Shown: positions 1 to 8,419, numbered from the stretch's first letter. The stretch: 31,190 nucleotides of DNA from Gemmatimonadales bacterium (GCA_025924275.1 JAICEH010000001.1:1-31190), one strand, 5' to 3'. The notes: a model not told the origin generated them from the sequence alone. Translations and numbers: made by a program.

Positions 1-196
1 AGTACGTAAACCTCTGAAACGTATCGAGATGGACTCGACGGCCCGCGGCCCGGGCCGGCGCGTCCGTTCACGCCGCATCGCTCTGCGACTCCGGCGCCAG
101 GTGGCGTCGGGCGGCGCATCGGGGGGGACGCCGCAGGGCGAATAGGATACACGCCGCCCGGAGGGAGCGGAAGGGGTCGGACCCCGGGCGTCCCCT

Positions 197-1375
197 TCAG
201 GACGCCACGACGAGCTCCCGCTGGGGCTCCCGGGGCGTCACCTCGGGCCCGGACTCGCCCACGTGTACGTTGACCTCGCTCCGCACCCCGAACCGGCCGG
301 GGAGGTAGACCCCCGGCTCCACCGAGAAGCCGATCCCGGGCACCAGCCGCCGCTGGTCGTTGGTCTCGTAGCCGTCGAGGTGGGGCCCGGACCCGTGCAG
401 CTCGTGGTCGATCGAGTGCCCGGTCCGGTGGACGAAGTACTCGCCGTAGCCCGCCGCCTCGATCACCGCCCGCGCCGCGCCGTCGGCCGCCGCCCCCGTG
501 ATCGGCTCCCCCGCCCGGGCCCCCGCCCGCACCGCCGCGATGGCGGCGTCCCGGGCGTCCCGGACCGTGGCCCAGACCCGGGCCACCTCGCCGTCCGGTT
601 CCCCGGCCGCCACGCCCATCCAGGTCTGGTCGGCGAAGACCGCCCCCGCCCGGCGACCCGCCCAGAGGTCGAGCAGCACCACCTGCCCGGCCTCCAGCAC
701 CGCGTCGCTCCCCGCGGCCGGCTCGTAGTGGGGATTGGCCGAGTTGGGGCCGAACCCCACGATCGGCAGCGTGTCGAACACCAGTCCCTGCCCCCGGCAC
801 GCCTCGACCACCCGGCCCTGCACCTCGGTCTCCCGGAGGCCCGTTCCCGCCAGGCGGACTGTCCGGGCCAGTTCCGCGCGGGCCACCTCCGCCAGGATCT
901 CGGCGGCTGCCCGGTGGTCCTCCAGGTCCGCCGCCGACCACCGGGCGGCGAACTGCGAGACCAGCGGCGCCGACGGCACCACCCGGGTCCCGAGCCGCTC
1001 GAGGAACTGGACCACCCCGTGGGGCACCCGGTCGAGGTACGGTACGCCGTCCTCGGGGAAGACCTCCATCGCCACCGTCTTCCCGCCCACCACCGCCCGC
1101 AGCGCGGCCTCGAGTTCCTGCCACCGGGCGTACGCCACGATCCGGCCGGGAAAGCCGGCCAGCGGGCCGAGCTCGATCTTGTGGGCCACCGCCACCGGCT
1201 CGCCGGTGGCCGGGAGCAGCACGAACAGGCGCCGCGTGGCCATCCCCTGGAGCCCCAGGATCTGGCGAAGGACCGGATTCACCCCGTGGAAGTCGAAGAG
1301 GAGCCAGCCGTCCGCCCCGAGTTCCCGGAGGGCGGCGGTGAGCGCCGGGCGGTCGAGTCGGTCCAGGGCGTTCAC
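197..1375 (-). CDS. Xaa-Pro aminopeptidase / M24 family metallopeptidase
   Basis: M24 motifs LLDLW, FADQTW, FVHRTGHSI..ELHG, FSVEPGVY..GRFGVRSE. GTG start at 1375 overlaps the upstream stop (GTGA); the ORF track extends to 1405. Confidence 0.9.
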   Translation of the reverse strand: MNALDRLDRPALTAALRELGADGWLLFDFHGVNPVLRQILGLQGMATRRLFVLLPATGEPVAVAHKIELGPLAGFPGRIVAYARWQELEAALRAVVGGKTVAMEVFPEDGVPYLDRVPHGVVQFLERLGTRVVPSAPLVSQFAARWSAADLEDHRAAAEILAEVARAELARTVRLAGTGLRETEVQGRVVEACRGQGLVFDTLPIVGFGPNSANPHYEPAAGSDAVLEAGQVVLLDLWAGRRAGAVFADQTWMGVAAGEPDGEVARVWATVRDARDAAIAAVRAGARAGEPITGAAADGAARAVIEAAGYGEYFVHRTGHSIDHELHGSGPHLDGYETNDQRRLVPGIGFSVEPGVYLPGRFGVRSEVNVHVGESGPEVTPREPQRELVVAS

Positions 1376-2022
1376 TCGTAACCTCGTGCGGCGGCGGCGT
1401 GCCACTCACAGGCGGCATCGCCCCGGCCGCGGCAGCGCGGATGGTCCACCGCCCCCTCGAACCCGGCGAGCCCGCGGAGGAGCTCGCCCAGGACGGCGGC
1501 ATAGAAGGGACAGGCGCCTCCGTCCGGGGCGGCGGCGAGCGCGGGGGTGTCGGCCGCCCGCGCGGCCGGCTCACCGGGGGCCGGCATCGGGAGCGGCTCC
1601 AGGCCGAACACCCGGGTGGCGAGCTCGAGCGCGCTCCGCGTGCCCAGCCGGCGGCTCACCCGGGCCGGCGTCGCCCGGCGGAGCGCTTCCGAGGTCCGCC
1701 CCACGAGCCGCGCGGCGTGCCGCGCCGCCCGGCGGCCGGCATCGGCGAAGACCAGCTCGCGGTCCGGGCGCCGCGCCACCAGGCGGAAGACCCCGACCGC
1801 CTCGGCGTCGGGCACCGCCTCGCGCCGTTCGGTGCTCGTGCGGTACCGCTCGATCTGGGCCGCCACCGTCTGGCTCAGGCCGAGCCGCTTCGCCACCACT
1901 TCCTCCGCGACCTCGGCCAGTCCGTCCTCGACCGGCGTGTCGAGGTTGCGGATGGCCTCGAGGAGGCTCAACGGGATGAGCGCGGGAACCTGGGCGGCAC
2001 GGGAGACGGCGGGGGTGGCCAT
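1372..2022 (-). CDS. Hypothetical protein with C-terminal V4R-like domain
   Basis: ATG at 2022 (MATPAVS...). C-terminal CPFY...HPRCRGRGDAACEW resembles the Cys-rich V4R/BchJ signature. Stop is coupled to the peptidase start. Confidence 0.65.
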   Translation of the reverse strand: MATPAVSRAAQVPALIPLSLLEAIRNLDTPVEDGLAEVAEEVVAKRLGLSQTVAAQIERYRTSTERREAVPDAEAVGVFRLVARRPDRELVFADAGRRAARHAARLVGRTSEALRRATPARVSRRLGTRSALELATRVFGLEPLPMPAPGEPAARAADTPALAAAPDGGACPFYAAVLGELLRGLAGFEGAVDHPRCRGRGDAACEWHAAAARGYE

Positions 2023-2030
2023 CGGGGCGG

Positions 2031-2059
2031 AAACTAGTCGGAACGACGGGAAGTCGGAA
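2031..2059 (-). promoter_or_regulatory. Candidate sigma70 promoter TTCCGA-N17-TAGTTT, 8 nt before the V4R gene ATG (near-leaderless)
   Basis: Motif and spacing read from the minus strand; no Shine-Dalgarno before ATG 2022. Confidence 0.35.
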
Positions 2060-2139
2060 AGTCGGGAAGGTCTGTCGCCCGCATCTTCCCGTCTTCCCGT
2101 CTTCCCGTCTTCCCGTCTGTCCGTCTGTCCGTCTGTCCG
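2045..2139. repeat. Octamer tandem repeats (TCTTCCCG)x4 + (TCTGTCCG)x3 at 2084-2139, with a degenerate inverted copy at about 2045-2070
   Basis: Direct reading of 8-nt periodicity; GACGGGAAG (2045-2053) is the reverse complement of CTTCCCGTC. Confidence 0.9.
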
Positions 2140-2157
2140 TCTCCCCCTTGCCCCCCC

Positions 2158-2183
2158 GGAACCCCCCGGGGACATTCCGCGTT
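2158..2183 (+). promoter_or_regulatory. Candidate ECF (SigH/SigR-type) autoregulatory promoter GGAAC-N17-CGTT
   Basis: GGAAC 2158-2162 and CGTT 2180-2183 match the known GGAA(C/T)-N17-CGTT consensus; immediately upstream of the ECF sigma gene. Confidence 0.6.
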
Positions 2184-2186
2184 ACG

Positions 2187-2750
2187 ATGACCGAGATCGG
2201 CGCGCGCACCCGCGATTTCGAGACGGCGGTCCTGCCCCACCTGGACCTCCTGTATCGCGTGGCGCGGCGCTACACCCGCGACACCCCGCGGGCCGAGGAC
2301 CTGGTACAGGAGACGGTGCTCAAGGCGCTGGCCCACTGGGACAGCTTCCGTCCCGGTTCCAACGCGCGGGCCTGGCTGCTCACGATCCTGCGCAACACCT
2401 TCGTGAGCGGGTATCGCAAGGCGCGGCGCGAGGCGGTGTCGCTCGATCCCGAGGCGCTCGACCGCGTGAGCACCCGGCCCGAGGTCGCCGCCGACCCGTC
2501 CGGAGAGTTCTTCGCCCGGATCACCGATGAGCGCATCCTCGCCGCGGTCGAGGCGCTGCCCCACGACTTCCGGGAAGTGGTGGTCCTGAGCGACATCGAG
2601 GGCATGAGCTACGCCGAAATTGCGCAGGTGCTGGGCGTGCCGGTCGGCACCGTGAAGTCGCGCCTCTTCCGCGCCCGCCAGCGGCTCCAGGCCGAGCTGC
2701 TGGACTACGCGGTCTCGATGGGCTGGGTGCGCCCGAGGGTGGCGGGATGA
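2187..2750 (+). CDS. ECF RNA polymerase sigma-70 factor (SigH/SigR-like)
   Basis: Region 2 AEDLVQET...AWLLTILRNTF and region 4 FREVVVLSDIEGMSYAEIAQVLGVPVGTVKSRLFRAR; followed by a zinc anti-sigma gene. Confidence 0.95.
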   Translation: MTEIGARTRDFETAVLPHLDLLYRVARRYTRDTPRAEDLVQETVLKALAHWDSFRPGSNARAWLLTILRNTFVSGYRKARREAVSLDPEALDRVSTRPEVAADPSGEFFARITDERILAAVEALPHDFREVVVLSDIEGMSYAEIAQVLGVPVGTVKSRLFRARQRLQAELLDYAVSMGWVRPRVAG

Positions 2751-2992
2751 GCGGCTCCACCGGCTGCCGCGAGGCGATCGCCCTGCTGGAGGACTGGCTC
2801 AAGGCCGAGCTCACGCCCGAGGTGGCGGAGCAGGTCCGGGCGCACTTCGACCGCTGCCGGCCCTGCTTCCGGCACGCCGAGTTCGAGCGCCGCTTCCTGG
2901 CCGAGCTCGAGGCCGCCGGCCGCGGCGACCGCTGTCCCGAGCGGCTCCGGGCCGAGCTGCTCCGCGAGATCCGCGGCGCGGACCCGGCCTGA
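2747..2992 (+). CDS. Zinc-binding anti-sigma factor (zf-HC2 / RsrA-like)
   Basis: HxxxCxxC motif (HFDRCRPC) plus N-terminal Cys; ATGA overlap with the sigma gene. Confidence 0.9.
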   Translation: MSGSTGCREAIALLEDWLKAELTPEVAEQVRAHFDRCRPCFRHAEFERRFLAELEAAGRGDRCPERLRAELLREIRGADPA

Positions 2993-3004
2993 GCCGGCGG
3001 GCCG

Positions 3005-3793
3005 GTGCCGCCGCAGGCGCTGCCCGTCTGGCTCCTCGCGGCACTGGTGGCCGGGGCGGCGGCGGCACTCGCCTGGCGGGCCCGGAGCCTGACACCCCCC
3101 GGCGCCGTCGCGGCCTGGCTGGTGGGCACCACCCTCGTCGGCGCGCTCGGGCCGGCAGGCCTCGCGCTCCTGGCCGCCTTCTTCATTCCCTCGAACCTCC
3201 TCTCCCGGCTCCTGCCACCCCCGGGTCCCCCGGACGCCAAGGGTGACCGCCGCGACGCGGCGCAGGTCCTCGCCAATGGAGGGCCCGCGGCCGCCGCGGC
3301 CCTCCTCGAACTCCGGACTCCCGGCCTCGGGCTCTGGGCCGCGGCCGCCGCCCTCGCCGCCGCCAGTGCCGACACCTGGGCCACCACCGTCGGGGTCCGG
3401 AGCGGCCGTCGCCCACGGCACATCCTGGACGGCACCCCGGTGCAACCGGGAACGAGCGGCGGCGTCACCTGGGTCGGCAGCGCCGGTGGCCTGCTCGGCG
3501 CGCTGGCGGTCGGCGCCACCGCGGCCGCGGTCGGGGCGGGCTGGCGCGCCGGCCTGGCCGCCACCATTCTCGGCACGGCGTGGATGTTCGGGGACTCGGT
3601 TCTCGGTGCCGCCCTGCAGGCCCGGTTCCGCTGTCCCGCCTGCGCCGAGGACACCGAGCGGCCCGTTCACCGCTGCGGCACCCCCGCGGCCCATCTCGGA
3701 GGCTGGCGATGGCTCACGAACGACGGCGTCAACCTGCTCGCCACGCTGGGCGCGGCGGCCGATGGCGCGCTGGCCTGGTGGCTCTGTTCCTGA
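3005..3793 (+). CDS. DUF92 (TMEM19-like) membrane protein
   Basis: KGDRRDAAQVLANGG, ADTWAT, GTSGGVT..G, DSVLGAALQ motifs; CxxC...C insert RCPAC..HRCG. Confidence 0.85.
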   Translation: MPPQALPVWLLAALVAGAAAALAWRARSLTPPGAVAAWLVGTTLVGALGPAGLALLAAFFIPSNLLSRLLPPPGPPDAKGDRRDAAQVLANGGPAAAAALLELRTPGLGLWAAAAALAAASADTWATTVGVRSGRRPRHILDGTPVQPGTSGGVTWVGSAGGLLGALAVGATAAAVGAGWRAGLAATILGTAWMFGDSVLGAALQARFRCPACAEDTERPVHRCGTPAAHLGGWRWLTNDGVNLLATLGAAADGALAWWLCS

Positions 3794-4209
3794 CGCTCGC
3801 GCTCGGGTGCAGCTCCGAGCAGCGCGACCCGGTCGGCCTGGAGGACGACGATCACAACCCCGGCACCGGGGGCGGGGGCGGCGGCGGCGGGGCCACCGAC
3901 GACGCCTTCGTCGGCAACTGGGAGAACATCCGGATCGTCGAGATCGGGGACGACGTGCAGACCACCACGACGGTCTGGCACTTCGAGGCCGACGGCGACT
4001 GCGTGGAGGGGTTCCTGATCGAGTCGCTGCTCGACGGGGTGGTCGAGTTCTCGGTCGAGGCCTGCAGCTGGGAGAACGACAGCCTGCTCCTGGAGCTCGC
4101 CGTCACCTTCAGCGACGGCGGCGGCACGGTCGTCTTCGAGTACGAGTTCCCCGGCCTGGACGGGAACACCCTGGTGCTGAACGGGCAGGAGTTCACCCGC
4201 GTGCCGTGA
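3709..4209 (+). CDS. Putative acidic lipoprotein, possible lipocalin-like beta-barrel
   Basis: GGAGG 6 nt before ATG 3709 (alternative GTG at 3778); basic N-region, hydrophobic stretch, LALG-C; Gly8 linker; beta-rich D/E-rich body with GNW; stop coupled to the next gene. Confidence 0.6.
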   Translation: MAHERRRQPARHAGRGGRWRAGLVALFLTLALGCSSEQRDPVGLEDDDHNPGTGGGGGGGGATDDAFVGNWENIRIVEIGDDVQTTTTVWHFEADGDCVEGFLIESLLDGVVEFSVEACSWENDSLLLELAVTFSDGGGTVVFEYEFPGLDGNTLVLNGQEFTRVP

Positions 4210-5426
4210 CGGCACTCCCCGCCTGCGACGCCCTGGTCGTGGGCGGCGGCCCTGCCGGCAGTGCGGTGGCCGGCCTGCTCGCCCACCGCGGGCTGCGCGT
4301 GGTCCTCGCGGACCGCGCCGCCTTCCCGCGGGAGAAGGCCTGCGCCGAGTTCCTCTCCCCCGAGGCGGTCCGCCTGCTCGACCGCCACGGCGTCCTCCCT
4401 CGGGTCGAGGCCGCGGGCGGGGTCGCCCTCCGCGGCACCACGGTGACCGGCCCGGGCGGTCAGCGGCTCGCCGGCGAGTTCGCGCGCGCCCCCCGGGCGC
4501 CCTGGCGGCCCACCGGACTCTCGGTGTCCCGGCGGGAGCTGGACCACGCGCTCCTCGACGCGGCCCGCGCTGCGGGGGCCGAGGTCCGGGAGCGCTGTGC
4601 ATTCCTCGGCCTCCTCCGCGAGGGGACGGCCGTCGCCGGCGCCGTGGTGCGCGAGGCCTCCGGCCGCGAGCTGATGGTGCCGGCCCGGCTGGTGATCGGC
4701 GCCGACGGGCTCCGCACCCGCGTCGGGCGCGCCCTGGGACCGCGGTGGCACGGGCGACCCGGCCGGGTGGCGGCGGTGGCGCACGTGGCGGAGGTCGATG
4801 ACCTCGGCGCCACGGCCGAAATGCACGTTGCGGACTCCGGCTATGCCGGGCTCAACCCGCTCGGTGGCGGGGTGGCGAACGTCGCGGTGGTGGCCCCGGC
4901 CCGCCGCGCGGCCGAGGCCCGCGGCGACGTCGACGGGTGGCTCTTCCGGGAGCTCGATGCCTACCCCGCGCTCCGCGGCCGGGTGCGCCGCGATCAGGTG
5001 GTGCGCGGCGCCCTCGCCACCGGTCCCTTCGCCGTCCGGTCGGCCCGGGTCACGGCCCCGGGAGCGCTCCTCGTCGGCGACGCCGCCGAGTTCTACGATC
5101 CCTTCACCGGGGAAGGAATCTGGCGGGCCCTCCGCGGCGCGGAGCTCGCGGATGCGGTGGCCGGCCCGGTCCTGGAGCGGGGCGGGCCGGTCTCCGCGGC
5201 GGCCCTCCGACCCTACCGCCGTGCCCGGCGCCGCGCCTTCGCCGGCGGCTGGGCGGTGGAGCGGCTCATCGCCTGGGCGATGCACACGCCGCGGCTCTTC
5301 GGCCGTGCGGTGGGCCGCCTCGGCGCCCGGGCCGGGATGGCGGACACGCTGGTGGGCGTCACCGGCGCCTTCGTCCCGGCCCGCGCGGTGCTCAACCCGG
5401 TGTTCCTGGCGCGGATGCTGGTGTAG
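4206..5426 (+). CDS. FAD-dependent oxidoreductase (geranylgeranyl reductase / flavoprotein monooxygenase-like)
   Basis: VVGGGPAG dinucleotide fold, FPREKACAE, VIGADG, LLVGDAAEFYDPFTGEGI; GTGA overlap at the start. Confidence 0.9.
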   Translation: MTALPACDALVVGGGPAGSAVAGLLAHRGLRVVLADRAAFPREKACAEFLSPEAVRLLDRHGVLPRVEAAGGVALRGTTVTGPGGQRLAGEFARAPRAPWRPTGLSVSRRELDHALLDAARAAGAEVRERCAFLGLLREGTAVAGAVVREASGRELMVPARLVIGADGLRTRVGRALGPRWHGRPGRVAAVAHVAEVDDLGATAEMHVADSGYAGLNPLGGGVANVAVVAPARRAAEARGDVDGWLFRELDAYPALRGRVRRDQVVRGALATGPFAVRSARVTAPGALLVGDAAEFYDPFTGEGIWRALRGAELADAVAGPVLERGGPVSAAALRPYRRARRRAFAGGWAVERLIAWAMHTPRLFGRAVGRLGARAGMADTLVGVTGAFVPARAVLNPVFLARMLV

Positions 5427-5427
5427 G

Positions 5428-5490
5428 CGGGGAACGGGGAACGGGGAACGGGCCCTTCCCCCGTTCCCCGTTCCCTGTTCCCCGTTCCCC
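5428..5490. repeat. Inverted heptamer tandem repeats (CGGGGAA)x3 / (GTTCCCC)x4 forming a hairpin
   Basis: Direct reading; intergenic between the oxidoreductase and the flavin reductase. Confidence 0.9.
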
Positions 5491-5504
5491 CTTACCTTCC
5501 CCCC

Positions 5505-5987
5505 GTGCCCGACGTCGATCCCCCCCGGTTCCGCCAGCTGCTCGGCCGCTTCGCCACCGGCGTCGCGGTGCTCACCACGCGGACTCCCGACGGCCGCGAC
5601 ATCGGGATGACCGTCAACAGCCTGAGCTCGGTGTCGCTCGTGCCGCCGCTCGTGGCGGTGAACGTCGAGCGCGAGGCCGACCTGCACGCCGTGCTCGAGG
5701 CCGCGTCGCGGTGGGTGGCGAACATCCTCGCCGCCGACCAGGAGGAGCTGTCCCGCCGCTTCGCGGTCCGCGGGCCGGAGCGCTTCGAGGGGATCGGCCA
5801 CCGGCGGACTGCCACCGGCATCGCGGTGCTCGACGGCATCGTCGCCCATCTCGAGTGCGAGCGGTGGGCCGCCTACCCCGGCGGCGACCACACCATCTTC
5901 GTCGGCCGGGTGATCGGCGGCGACCCGGGGGAGGGGAGCCCGCTGCTCTACTTCCGCGGCGGCTACGCGGCGCTCGGCCGCGAATGA
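5505..5987 (+). CDS. Flavin reductase family protein
   Basis: FRQLLGRFATGVAVLT, GMTVNSLSSVSLVPPLV, GGDHTIFVGRV, PLLYFRGGY. Confidence 0.93.
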   Translation: MPDVDPPRFRQLLGRFATGVAVLTTRTPDGRDIGMTVNSLSSVSLVPPLVAVNVEREADLHAVLEAASRWVANILAADQEELSRRFAVRGPERFEGIGHRRTATGIAVLDGIVAHLECERWAAYPGGDHTIFVGRVIGGDPGEGSPLLYFRGGYAALGRE

Positions 5988-6676
5988 CGCCCCCGCTCGG
6001 CCGCGAGCTGCTCGACGACCCCGCCGCCGATCCGGTGGCGGTGCGGGAATCGCTCTGCCACATCGTCGCCAGCAACCGCTGGTTCGGCGGCGCGGCAGCG
6101 CTCCGCTGGGGCATCGCCCGCGCGCTGGCCGCCGATCCCCCCACGGGCCCGCTCACCCTGCTCGACCTCGGGACCGGCGCAGGCGACCTGCCGATCGGGA
6201 TCGCGCGGTGGGCCGCCAGCCGCGGGATGGTGATCCGCCCGCTCGGCCTGGAGCGGATCCCGGCCGCGGCGACGCTGGCGCGGGACAACGGGGTCCCAAC
6301 GATCCTCGCCTGCGTCCGCGCCCTCCCGGTGCGCGCCGGCGGCGTCGACCTGGTCACCATCAGCCAGCTCCTGCACCATCTCTCCCGCGACGAGGCCGTG
6401 GCCCTCCTCCGCGCCGCCACGCGGATCGCCCGCCGGGCGGTCGTGGCGGCCGACCTGCGCCGCTCCGGCGTTGCACGGGCCGCCTTCCGGCTCGGCGCCA
6501 CCGTCTTCCGCTTCGACCCCCACACCCGGGCCGACGGCCTCACCTCGATTGCGCGGGGGTACCTGCCGGCCGAGTGGCGGGCGCTCTGCGGCGCGGCCGG
6601 CCGACCGGTGGAAACGGCCGAGCGCCCCGGCTGGCGCGTCGCGGCCTGGTGGCCGGCGCGCGGGGCCACGCCCTGA
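5984..6676 (+). CDS. SAM-dependent methyltransferase
   Basis: N-terminal ELLDD..NRWFGG, motif I LLDLGTGAGD, DLVTISQLLHHL, VVAADLRRS; ATGA overlap. Confidence 0.88.
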   Translation: MTPPLGRELLDDPAADPVAVRESLCHIVASNRWFGGAAALRWGIARALAADPPTGPLTLLDLGTGAGDLPIGIARWAASRGMVIRPLGLERIPAAATLARDNGVPTILACVRALPVRAGGVDLVTISQLLHHLSRDEAVALLRAATRIARRAVVAADLRRSGVARAAFRLGATVFRFDPHTRADGLTSIARGYLPAEWRALCGAAGRPVETAERPGWRVAAWWPARGATP

Positions 6677-7158
6677 TGCGCACCGTGGACCGGCTGGAGA
6701 TCGCCGCCCCACCCGAGGTCGTCTTCCGCCACGCCGCGGACGTCGAGCGCTGGCCCGCCATTCTCCCGCACTACCGCTGGGTGCGGGTGCTCGAGCGGGG
6801 CGAACCGGCCCTGGTCGAGATGGCGGCGTGGCGGCCGTTCGGACCGCTCCGCTGGCCCACCTGGTGGGCCTCGGAGATGTGGGTGGATGCGGGCCGCCGC
6901 GAGGTGCGCTACCGGCACGTGCGCGGGATCACCACGGGGATGGACGTCCGCTGGACGGTGTCGCCGCGGGCGGGCGGCGCCGTGGCCGAGATCGTCCACC
7001 AGTGGGAGGGACCGCGCTGGCCGCTCATCCGTCGGCCCGCGGCCGACTGGGTGATCGGGCCGGTGTTCATCCACGGCATTGCCTCCCGCACCCTCGCCGG
7101 CATCGGCCGCGCGGCGGAGGCAACGCCCGTCCTATCCGCGCCGGACGGGCGGGCGTAG
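6676..7158 (+). CDS. SRPBCC family polyketide cyclase/aromatase-like protein
   Basis: IAAPPEVVF..AADVERWPAILPHY N-terminus typical of Polyketide_cyc/START folds; TGATG overlap. Confidence 0.85.
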   Translation: MRTVDRLEIAAPPEVVFRHAADVERWPAILPHYRWVRVLERGEPALVEMAAWRPFGPLRWPTWWASEMWVDAGRREVRYRHVRGITTGMDVRWTVSPRAGGAVAEIVHQWEGPRWPLIRRPAADWVIGPVFIHGIASRTLAGIGRAAEATPVLSAPDGRA

Positions 7159-7166
7159 CGTCCGGC

Positions 7167-8414
7167 ATGGCATCGGCTCCCCGGCGCGTCCTGGTCACCG
7201 GCATCGGCGCCGTCACCCCCATCGGCACCGGGGTGGACGGGCTCTGGGCCGGGCTCCGCGCCGGCCGCTCCGCCGTCCGGCCCATCACCCGGTTCGACCC
7301 CGCCCCGTTCCGCTCGCGGATCGCGGCCGAGATTCCCGACTTCCGGCCCCGCGACTTCATGGGGGAGAAGGACGCGCGCCGCCTCGACCGGTTCTCCCAG
7401 CTGAGCCTCGCGGGCGCCCGGCTCGCCTTCGAGGACGCGCGGCTCGAACCGGCGCGCGAGGACCGGGAGCGCGTCGGCGTGATGATGGGGACCGCGCTCG
7501 GGGGCGTGGCGATGGCCGAGGCGCAGCACACCGCCTACCTCGCCGAGGGGCTCCGCGCGGTGGAGCCCTCGCTCGCCTTCACCGTCTTCGCCGGGGCGGC
7601 GAGCTGCTCGATCGCGGTGGCGTTCGGCTGCCAGGGGCCCAACTCCACCAACGGGATGAGCTGCGCCTCGGGCGCGATCGCCGTGGGCGAGGGCTTCCGC
7701 GCCATCCGGGACGGCCACGCCGACGTGATGCTCGCCGGCGGCGTCGAGGCCCCGCTGGCGCCGCTCAGCTTCGGGGCCTTCGCCATCATCCGCGCGATGT
7801 CCACCCGGAACGACGACCCCGCGGCGGCCTGCCGGCCGTTCGACGCCGGGCGCGACGGCTTCGTGATGGGCGAGGGGGTGGCGGCCCTGGTGCTGGAGGA
7901 GCGCGGCCGCGCGCTCGCCCGCGGCGCACCGGTCTACGCCGAGGTGCTGGGCTACGGCCTCACCAACGACGCGCACCACATGACCGCACCCCGGCCCGAC
8001 GGCTCCCAGGCGGCCCGCGCGGTGCGGCTGGCGCTCCGGGACGCCGCCGTGGCGCCCGGCGAGGTGGGGTACGTGAACGCGCACGGCTCCTCCACCCCCC
8101 TCAACGACTCCACCGAGAACCTCGCCATCCGGACCGTCTTCGGCGGCCACGCCGACCGCCTTCTCCTGAGCGGCACCAAGGGCTGGTACGGCCACGCCCT
8201 CGGCGCCAGCGGAGCGATCGAGGCGGCCATCTGCGCCCTCGCGAGCGCCCGCGACTGGGTCCCGCCCACCCTCAACCTGGCCGAGCGGGACCCGGCCTGC
8301 GACCTCCCCTGGCTCACGGGCGACGGGCACGCGGAAGCGCCCGAAGTCCTGGTCAGCAACTCGTTCGGGTTCGGCGGGGTGAACGCGGCCCTGGTGCTCC
8401 GCCGCGCGTCGTGA
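7167..8414 (+). CDS. fabF: Beta-ketoacyl-ACP synthase, FabF / type II KS-alpha-like
   Basis: RRVLVTGIGAVTPIG; Cys-His-His triad in SCASG, NAHGSST, KGWYGHALGASG; RDGFVMGEG; SNSFGFGG. May be a pathway-specific paralog rather than housekeeping FabF. Confidence 0.9.
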   Translation: MASAPRRVLVTGIGAVTPIGTGVDGLWAGLRAGRSAVRPITRFDPAPFRSRIAAEIPDFRPRDFMGEKDARRLDRFSQLSLAGARLAFEDARLEPAREDRERVGVMMGTALGGVAMAEAQHTAYLAEGLRAVEPSLAFTVFAGAASCSIAVAFGCQGPNSTNGMSCASGAIAVGEGFRAIRDGHADVMLAGGVEAPLAPLSFGAFAIIRAMSTRNDDPAAACRPFDAGRDGFVMGEGVAALVLEERGRALARGAPVYAEVLGYGLTNDAHHMTAPRPDGSQAARAVRLALRDAAVAPGEVGYVNAHGSSTPLNDSTENLAIRTVFGGHADRLLLSGTKGWYGHALGASGAIEAAICALASARDWVPPTLNLAERDPACDLPWLTGDGHAEAPEVLVSNSFGFGGVNAALVLRRAS

Positions 8415-8419
8415 CCCGC

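Noticed and set aside
1-196. GC-rich leader-like region with small hairpins, an AT-rich end and a short minus-strand ORF from ATG 78
   Set aside because: No recognisable riboswitch, tRNA or protein motif; probably the promoter/5' UTR of a minus-strand gene beyond the window edge.
1372-2022. Calling the V4R-like protein bchJ (photosynthesis)
   Set aside because: Similarity is limited to the C-terminal Cys motif and there are no bch/puf genes in the window.
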